From Octopus vulgaris (taxonomy: Eukaryota): a stretch of DNA of 64,000 bases. The DNA lies in the NCBI GenBank assembly GCA_951406725.2, contig OX597824.1, positions 19,282,001-19,346,000 of the forward strand, written 5' to 3'. How positions within the stretch are numbered: position 1 is the first letter of the stretch; each line of letters begins with the position of its first letter. Positions 55,220-64,000 of this stretch are shown here, piece after piece. The position numbers and the translations under genes are program-made. A model generated the notes under the pieces. That model was not told the origin of the DNA, ran no database searches, and saw only the letters and a list, made by a program, of their open reading frames with translations.

Positions 55220-55620
55220 GGCGCATGGCTCAGTGGTTAGAGCGTCGAGCTTACGATAGTGAGGTTGTGAGTTCGAATCCCGGACCGAGCTGCGTGTTTT
55301 GTACTTGAGCAAGACACTTTATTTCACGTTGTTCCAGTTAACTCAGCTGTAGAAATGAGTTGCGACGTCACAGGTGCCAAGCTGTATCGGCCCCTTTGCC
55401 TTTCCCTTGGATAACACTGGTAGCGTGGAGAGGAGAGGCCGGTATGCATGGGCGACTGCTAGTGGCATTTCGCCTGCCTTTACGTTCTGAGTTCAACTTC
55501 CACCGCGGTGAACTTTGCCTTTCATCCTTTCGGATTCGATAAAATAAGTACCAGTTTAGTACCGGAGTCGATATAATCGATTTACCCATAAAATTGCCGG
55601 CCTTGTGCCAAAAATTGAAA
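55220..55620 (+). mobile_element. SINE D 5' part joined to a SINE A body/tail
   Basis: Family D to ~55461, then GGCATTTCGCCTGCCTTTACGTTCTGAG family A sequence. Confidence 0.8.
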
Positions 55621-55863
55621 CTGTTATTATTGACCGGGTGGTGTGTAGTAGTCTTGAACAAAGCATTTCGTGTGACGTTGCTCTTAGATCGCTTCGATAC
55701 CTGATGCACGGCACACGGTGCACCTGTTAACGCAACATCGATCTGATGGAGGGAGGGGAGCTAATGTGCGGCACATGTATTTTGATCACTATAAACGAAT
55801 CATTTGTGCAGATCATTCGGCAAAAGTTTGAACACTCATACGTCATCTTCGACGAGAGAGTAG

Positions 55864-55911
<48 letters not shown>

Positions 55912-55961
55912 GTCGTCGTCGTCGTCGTCGTCGTCATCATCATCATCATCATTATTATTAA

Positions 55962-56556
55962 GGCGGCGTGCTGGCAGAAACGTTAGTACGCCGGGCGAAA
56001 TGCTTTGCGGTATTTCGTCCGCCGTTACCTTCTGAGTTCAAATTCCGCCGAGGTCGACTTTACCTTTCATCCTTTCGGACTCGATTAAATAAGTACCTAT
56101 TTCTTTACTACCCACAAGGGGCTAAACACAGAAAGGACAAACAAGGACAGACAAACGGATTAAGTCGATTATATTGACCCCAGTGCGTAACTAGTACTTA
56201 TTTAATCGACCCCGAAAGGATGACAGGCAAAGTCGACCTCGGCGGAATTTGAACTCAGAACGTAGCAACAGACGAAATACGGCTTAAATAAGTACCAGTT
56301 ACGCACCGGGGTCGATGTGATCGACTTAATGCGTTTGTCTGTCCTTGTTTGTCCCCTCTGTGTTTAGCCCCTTGTGGGTAGTAAAGAAATAGGTATATCG
56401 TCCGTCTTTACGTTCTGAGTTCAAATTCCGCCGTGGTCGACTTCGCCTTTTATCATTTCGGGGTCAACGCAATAAGAACCAGTTGAGTACTGGGGTTGAT
56501 ACAATCGACTGTACCCATCCCCCAAAATTTCAGACCTTGTGCCTTTAGTAGAAAGG
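55962..56556. mobile_element. SINE family A with an inverted internal family A segment
   Basis: Plus 55962-56095, minus ~56094-56281, plus 56285-56556. Confidence 0.85.
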
Positions 56557-57063
56557 ATTATTATTAATATTTTCTCTCATTTTGTAGGTCCTTTTCTCCC
56601 ACTATTAACTTTCCTCTGCGTTATTTTCTTAACCCAATGAAAAAAATAATAATAATAATAAAACAGAACAGCCCCTTAAAATTCTTCTTCTATCAGCCTT
56701 CAAAATATGAATTAGTCAAGTAGGTTTCTTATCACTGGGGTGAGCAAACTACTTGAAGTGCTGGGGCTGCAGGTAGGGGAGGGTCACAATGAAGGTAAAC
56801 AGAGCAGTGAGAAGTCACTTTAGTCTGTAGCACTTGACCTAATCGTTCTCTAACGGGTAAGGGAATCTTGAATTCCTTCAAATGGATGGTCCGAGATATG
56901 TTATTGGGTAGGGGGAGAATTTTCAGTGGGCGTACGAGAACAGAAGCAAGGACCACGAACAGCTGTTGCCGTCGTTGTCGTCTAACTTCGGGGGATTTTT
57001 GTATAGGGGGAATGGGGAGGTTTTCTTTTCTTTACCCATTTTTTTTTCATAAATCTTCATTCG

Positions 57064-57101
<38 letters not shown>

Positions 57102-57169
57102 GCTCTGACAGTTGTGTTATCATCAGACTCTATATATAGTTGTTTCTGATATGAAAACTGAAATATATG

Positions 57170-57200
57170 AATAGATAGATACAAAGATAAATAGGCAGAT

Positions 57201-57232
<32 letters not shown>

Positions 57233-57260
57233 GGACGGACAGATGGACTGACGGACAGAC

Positions 57261-57327
<67 letters not shown>

Positions 57328-57364
57328 CAGACGGACGGACGGACAGATGGACTGACGGACAGAC

Positions 57365-57415
<51 letters not shown>

Positions 57416-57448
57416 CGGACGGACGGACGGACGGGCAGACAGACAGAC

Positions 57449-57539
<91 letters not shown>

Positions 57540-57740
57540 TAGAGGGATAGATAGATACACAGACAGAGATATAGATAGACAGTTAGATAGCTAGATACAT
57601 AGATAGACGGATTGATAGACGGATGGATAGATAGATAGATAGATACATACATACATACATACATACATACATACATACATACATTGACAGACAGACAGAC
57701 AGACAGACATACAGACAGACATACAGACAGACAGATAGAT
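57170..57740. repeat. Compound (GATA)n/(GACA)n/(GACG)n/(GA)n
   Basis: Seen directly. Confidence 0.95.
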
Positions 57741-58831
57741 GTTTCTTTATTAGCCACACAGGGCTGCACACAGATAGAACAAATTACAAGGTAGAGCTTT
57801 TCTTTTGAAGGTTTAAAAAAAAAAAAAAAAAGGAAGGGGAGTTTCGATCAAAAGGGATCGTAAAAGGAGAGAAAGAGAACAAAAAAAAGGCGGGTTAAAA
57901 AAAAAAAAGGGGAGAGGAAAAAAAAAAAAATTGATCAGTAGGGATCGTTATCACAGAAATGTCAATATGAAGTGTAAAGGGGAGGACAGGTGAGGTTTAC
58001 CCGTGGAAAGAAAAGCCTACGGAAAAGAGCACGGTAACCTCGGTCAATGGAGTCACATGTTATATTTCGTTTTTTTTTTGTTTTTTTTGCGAATAAGCAA
58101 CTCTCTGTTTTCAATTTCTGGGTTCATAGGATCATGCTCAAGATGGCTTCGTCATTCATACGTGCCATTCTTGCTACATTCACCCATCTTTTTTAAAACA
58201 TTCGCTAGACAAAACTTGCCTCTCTACTCTCACTTTCCTTTTCAAGTGGTACTTGAAGAAGTTGATGAGAGATTGACCAGAGAGAAAAGTGTTTGTCTCC
58301 AATCCTTTCAGACGCGTCCACCAGATACATTCTTTCGCCATAGCCACAAGGATGATGAAAATAGCTCTTCCTTCCCGTTTGAAGGAAGGAGGCGTGACAA
58401 TATTGACGATAGACTCAGCTGATAAACCGACTCGTCCCACACGTGACAGCAGTTGCTCGACATAAGCCCACAGGTCGGAAATTGTTGGACACTGAACGAG
58501 TGCGTGCAGAACGGTTTCGTCGCTCTAACCGCATCTCGGGCAGGTCGGCCCCGTCTTTCTCGAGCCGTGTCTGTAGAGCTTATCCCGAACGGGTAGCGCT
58601 TCTCGGTAGCACTGCCAGGCCAGGGATCTCTGGAAGTTGTCCATGGGCCCTGGCCCGAAAGTCGTCCTGAACAGGCGGGTCAGGTACTCCTCGTCGACGT
58701 CCAGGTTCGCCCCGAGCTCGTCGTCGTACCTCCCCTCCACTAAACCCCTATAGAATGCTTTGGTTGTGTTGAAGTCACTCAAGGTCGACCCAGGACGGCA
58801 GAGTTGCTTGAGAGCAACGCGACACTCGCGG
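57741..58831 (-). mobile_element. Tx1/L1-clade LINE 3' fragment in (GATA)n, copy 2
   Basis: SLAWQCYREALPVRDKL...CPRCG*SDETVLHALVQC...AKECIWWTR; 3' end AATAAAGAAAC then ATCT; (GATA)n at 58832-58920. Confidence 0.88.
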
Positions 58832-58920
<89 letters not shown>

Positions 58921-59134
58921 CGGTTGCCGAAATGTCCATACGTCTCACGTGGCAATTTCTGGTAGGTATTCCGTATTTCCTGTATGTGATATATTTCAGG
59001 TTAAATTCTTCTCGCTTGTTTAGCTCACAGATGTAATGTCATAGCACCTTGCACCTTGCGCCGCACTATCCGTGATTAAATATTTGATAGATAGATAGAT
59101 AGATAGATAGATATGTCTATAGATATATAGATAC

Positions 59135-59536
59135 ACAGAGCAGTTACTGTTTATACCTCGCTCAGAGATTTATTATTGTTTTCGAACAGATTTTCTACGC
59201 CAGTGACTGTGTTTACTGTGAAAATCTATATATTTCTAGCCTGTAGAGGAAGTCCCTCAACGAAGAACGGTGCTTGCCATGCGCTGACGAGAGGCGACTA
59301 CCTCGAAATCGGTCCGTGTGTAGCATCCGTATCTTCGGGGAGGCTGATCTCCCTTTGCAGGCTAGCAAGGACACCGTGATGGTGTCGGCTCTTCTGGTGA
59401 CGTCTATAGTCGCCTGGGGCTAAATGCATCAGTAACACCCCCACCACCCCGCCCTGTCCCTAGCCACATTCAGATGGCTGATCCCGCTTATATTACAGAG
59501 CAGTTATTGTGTATACCTCGCTCAGAGATTTATTAT
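59135..59536 (+). mobile_element. Retrozyme-like non-coding element, 360-bp monomer plus 42-bp terminal redundancy
   Basis: Direct repeats 59135-59176 and 59495-59536; central hammerhead; extensive self-complementarity; no credible ORF. Confidence 0.7.
59278..59320 (+). ncRNA. Type I hammerhead ribozyme, canonical core
   Basis: CATGCG-CTGACGA-GAGG-cgacta-CCTC-GAAA-TCG-GTC-CGTGTG; predicted cleavage after C59314. Confidence 0.85.
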
Positions 59537-59831
59537 ATATATATATATATATATATAATTAATTAATAAGGGTGAGAGAATTAGATACTAATTTAATAGT
59601 ATATCTATTCAACACCAAGTGGCCTAGTGCTCCGAGAAACCTGGATTATTATAATATTTTATAATATATTATAATATTTTTACAAAATAAATATAAGAGA
59701 GTGGTCACTATATGGCTCACTCTAGCACCAGTTAATCCAAAAGGTTTCAACCACAAAAATACATGTTTCCCATGAAAGTCAGTACGATTGTTAGCTCACA
59801 CGGACAGGGCAAATAAAAAATAACAAAAATA

Positions 59832-59927
59832 CAGATTATTTTGGGACAATTGTTTCGCTATTAATGAATTAAATGTAATTTTACTTACAAAAAAATCCAC
59901 TTGTAGCTCGTCAGCCAAAACTATCTG
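59832..59927 (-). ncRNA. Type I hammerhead ribozyme, canonical core, 43-nt loop II (in a PLE-like repeat, ~59558-59970)
   Basis: CAGATAGTTTTGG-CTGACGA-GCTA-(43 nt)-TAGC-GAAAC-AATT-GTC-CCAAAATAATCTG; stem I 12/13 paired. Confidence 0.85.
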
Positions 59928-60002
59928 GATGAAATCCACTCAATCACACGCCAGATTTTACCATAACGATAAATATTATATATTATATATTATATATTAT
60001 AT

Positions 60003-60035
<33 letters not shown>

Positions 60036-60036
60036 C

Positions 60037-60080
<44 letters not shown>

Positions 60081-60106
60081 CATAGACACACACACACATA
60101 TCTTTA

Positions 60107-60360
60107 GGGAGAATTCACAAAAATACAAAAGATGAAGACAGGTGGTGTAGACAACAAACAGATGTATTAGTATAACGCTTTAGTATTGAAAAAGTCTTTA
60201 AATTTTCGAGCCTACGCTCTTCTACAGAAAGGAACACAGAAAGAAACAAGGAGAGAAAATAAAGAAAGTGTAGTGGCTAGCGATCTATCATGGTGAATGC
60301 CGGACAGAAGGGTCACACAGGTGAGCTAGGAAGAAGGGGAGACAATAAAGTAGTGGTGAT
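60107..60360 (-). mobile_element. Penelope-like family E fragment with minimal hammerhead motif (60196-60231)
   Basis: Homology to the other E copies; longest copy, right boundary approximate. Confidence 0.65.
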
Positions 60361-61289
60361 CCCAAAACACGCGCGTGTATGTGTATAAGAGAGTTTGTAT
60401 GTGCGTGTGGAAGAGGGCTGGTGATCTTGACGTGTGCATGTGTAGGCGTGAAAATGTGGGGCTGGGAAGTGGTCAGTGCTAGTGTGTGCGTGGTGGTGTG
60501 ATGTGATGTGGTGTTGTGTGGTATGGGACGTGGGGGAGGCGAGAGTGGGGAAAGCAAGGGTGGGGTGTGGGTTAGGCTGAGGGTGGGGGTTGAGGTGGGG
60601 GTATGTGGAAGCGGGTGTAAAGGATGGGGTGGGGTTGGATGAGATGGACAGGTGGTGGTAGAGTGGGGGGTGATGGTGGTGGTGGTGGCGGTGGTGGTTC
60701 TGGTGCTGGTGCTGGTGGTGTTGATCGCCATGATCGTCGTCGTGGCTGTCGTGGTCGACGCAGTGGCGGTGTTTGTAACAGTGGTGACGTTTGGGGTGGT
60801 AGTTGCGGCGCTGGTGGTGGCGGTAGCGGTGGCGATGGTGGTCGACATTGTTGCCGCCGTCGTCGTTGTCGTTGTCGGTTCCGTAGTTCTGGTGGTCGTG
60901 ACGGCGATGGCAATGATATTGCGTTGACAAGAGCAACGTCAGGGGTAGAATTAGGGGCGAAGACAGAAAACGAGAAGAAAGAGAGACAAAAAAAAAGGGG
61001 GGAAACAGACAAATAAACAAAGAAACAAACCAACAAGCAAACAAATTAAAACAAAATTAGTTTAGAATGAGAACAGGTGTTTGAAATTAAATATGAGTTC
61101 AGGACTGTGATTGCTTGGCCCCTAAACCCTCAGTTGGTGGAGGTTTGGAGGGGCTCTAGTCAAACACTTAGGGGTCTCGGTTATTGCTGTGCTAATGGCT
61201 AACCAAGTTGTAGACATGTGTTGGCAACTGGATTCGGTAAATGAAGAAATCTTATCTGAGCCCTACATCTCGCTTTGTCGTTGAAGGGC

Positions 61290-61291
<2 letters not shown>

Positions 61292-61331
<40 letters not shown>

Positions 61332-61953
61332 TGTGTGTGTGTGAGTATGTGTGTGTGTATGTGTGCGCAACAAGTAAGTTATATATATGCATGTGTGTGT
61401 GTATGTATGCGTAGTATGTAAGATAAATATATGTGTGTGTATGTGTGTGTGTGCTTGTGTGTGTGTGTATGTGTGTGTGTGTATGTGTGTGTGTGCTTGT
61501 GTGTGTGTGTGTATGTGTGTGTATGTGTGCGCAACAAGTAAGTTATATATATGCATGTGTGTGTGTATGTATGCGTAGTATGTAAGATAAATATATGTGT
61601 GTGTATGTGTGTGTATGTGCGTGTATGGGTGCGCAGAATGTAAGTTATATATATGCGTGCGTGTGTGTGTTTGTATGTGTGTGTATGTGTGTGCAGCATG
61701 TAAGTTATATATGTATATATGCGTGTGTGTGTGTATGTGTGCGCAGTATGTAAGTTAAATATATGCGTTTTTGTGTATGTGTGTGTATGTGTGTGCATGT
61801 AAGTTATCTATATGTGTGTGTGTGTATTTGTATGTATGCATATGTGCGTCTATGTGTGTGTATGTATGTGTATGTGTGCATAGCATGTAATTTATATATG
61901 TATGTGTGTACGTATGTACGTGTGTATGTGTGTATGTATGTGCAACATGTAAC

Positions 61954-61997
<44 letters not shown>

Positions 61998-62163
61998 ATA
62001 TGTGTACGTTTATGTATATGTGCGTGTGATTATGTGTGTGTATGTGTGTGTAGCATGCAAGTTTTATATATATATATATATATATATGCGTGTGTTTGTG
62101 TGTTTCGGTGTGTATGTGCATGTATATATGTGTATGTATGTGTTTGTGTATTTATGTTGTGTA

Positions 62164-62209
<46 letters not shown>

Positions 62210-62410
62210 CGTATGTAGGTGCTTGTTTGTGTTTCATTTCAGTATTTCGTCAGTGTGTGTACATGCATGTGTATGTAGTGCTGTATGTAAAAATGTCTGT
62301 GGGTGTCTGTATGTGTGTGAGTACGTGTACGTAAAAAATATGAGTATATATAACTCTACATATGTATGTGTGTGTGCTTGCGTGCGTGTTTGTGTGTGTG
62401 TGTGTGTATG
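61292..62410. repeat. Degenerate (TG)n-based minisatellite with recurring GTAAGTTATAT core
   Basis: Seen directly. Confidence 0.85.
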
Positions 62411-62736
62411 GAGGGATATATGTAAGTACAGAAACGGGAATAATGTACTCGATAATACAGTAACGTTTATTTACTCTTTTCTTTGTCGCCTGCAGGATCG
62501 CAAGTAGCGTGACACTCTGAACAGGGTGGACTAAGCCATTACGGAGACATGTGTGTGCATGTGTGTGTGTGTGTGTGTGTGTGTACTTGCGTCCTTTAGA
62601 AAGTAATACAATCGTATATCTATCTATCTATCAATCTATCAATCTATCTATCTAATATATATATATAACTCTTTGACTGCTATTTCTAAATTCGGTGTGT
62701 GGTGAGGCAATTCGTTGCTAAACCCTTAATTGCTTA

Positions 62737-62769
<33 letters not shown>

Positions 62770-62798
62770 CATACATAGAGAGAGTGTGTGTGTGCGTG

Positions 62799-62853
<55 letters not shown>

Positions 62854-62968
62854 ATGTATGTGTGTGTGTGTGTGTTTGAGTAGGTTTATAGATATTTTAT
62901 ATTTTCAAAAATGTAGGCAGTCAGAATTTTGGATAATTCTTTATTAGCGATTTCGTTCGGTTATCGAA

Positions 62969-63010
<42 letters not shown>

Positions 63011-63013
<3 letters not shown>

Positions 63014-63198
63014 AGAGTTTACGAAAATAAACAAAAGACGAAGACAGGTGGTGTACAAAACAAACAGATGTATTAGTATAACGCTCAGGAATAGAAAAAG
63101 TCTTTTACGTTTCGAGCCTACGCTCTTCTACAGAAAGTGACAGAAAAAAAAACAAGGAGAGAAAAAAATGTGTGTAGTGGCTAACGATCTATCATGGC
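63011..63198 (-). mobile_element. Penelope-like family E fragment with minimal hammerhead motif (63102-63137)
   Basis: CTTT-CTGTAGA-A-GAGC-gtag-GCTC-GAAAC-GTA-AAAG; abuts (TA)n. Confidence 0.65.
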
Positions 63199-63242
63199 GT
63201 CTATATGTGTATGTATGTATGTATGTATGTATGTATGTATAT

Positions 63243-63625
63243 ACTCTTTTACTCTTTTACTTGTTTCAGTCATTTGACTGCGGCCATGCAGGAGCACCGC
63301 CTTCTAGTCGAGTAAATCGACCCCAGGACTTATTCTTTGTAAGCCTAGTACTTATTCTATCAGTCTCTTTTGCTGAACCGTTAAGTTAATATAAACACAC
63401 CACCATCGTTTGTCAAGCAATGGTAGGGGGACAAACACAGACACACAAACATATACATACATACATATATATATACATATATAGTTTCCATCTACCAAAT
63501 CCACTCACAAGGCTTTAGTCGACCCGAGGCTATAGTAGAAGACACCTGCCCAAGGTGCCACGCAGTGGGAATGAACCCGGAACCATGTGGTTGGTAAGCA
63601 AGTTACTTACCACATAACCACTCCT
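63243..63625 (-). mobile_element. SINE family C
   Basis: Full-length homology to the other copies. Confidence 0.9.
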
Positions 63626-64000
63626 ACTCCTAGAGTAATTCTAATTATATATATATGATTAGAATTACTCTAAAATTCATTCAATGTTTGGAACGCCTTG
63701 CACTTCAATAGTGGAGAAGAAATGGAAAATTCTGCACGCCTGAACCGCGTTTATAACACTTTGGGCTACAGTAAATTTCTGTACACAAACAGAATGGAAT
63801 CAACCCCAAATACCGCGAGAAAGAGAAAAAGAAAATGCGAGAGCGAGAGCAGGAAGCAAGCAGACAGATAAACAACTCTTATCGGCTGCCATTTCGTATC
63901 GCAGCGATAATTAAATATTATTGTAGTTATATCCTATTATATTATCAATGTAATATTTTTAATAATAAAACATTAATATAAAATTTATTGATAATATTAT

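Noticed and set aside
60288-61044. Pro/His/Thr-rich ORFs and G-rich tract
   Set aside because: Low-complexity GGT-type sequence open in many frames; G4 potential is unremarkable in this context

Overview
Eukaryotic, very repeat-rich DNA (intronic or intergenic). The SINE families and microsatellite load look like an octopus/coleoid cephalopod genome; that assignment is recognition, not a database result. No intact host protein-coding gene is supported, and almost all listed ORFs are translations of microsatellites or SINEs. The window holds five recurrent tRNA-derived SINE families (labelled A, B, B2, C, D here), fragments of RTE, CR1-like, R4/Dong-like and Tx1-like LINEs, three mariner relics, non-autonomous Helitrons, Penelope-like terminal-repeat fragments, a full-length 5S rRNA copy and a tRNA-Met-like pseudogene. 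The main hidden layer is self-cleaving RNA motifs. There is a 360-bp, highly base-paired, direct-repeat-bounded retrozyme-like unit with a canonical hammerhead (59135-59536) and a second canonical hammerhead on the opposite strand about 0.5 kb away. About a dozen further minimal hammerheads occur, including U3-A8 covariant and extra-A core variants, plus a decayed HDV-like ribozyme at the 5' end of an RTE. Also notable are a TSD-flanked 5S rRNA-SINE chimera and two copies of a Tx1-like LINE both inserted in (GATA)n. All structures were read by eye and need computational and experimental confirmation.
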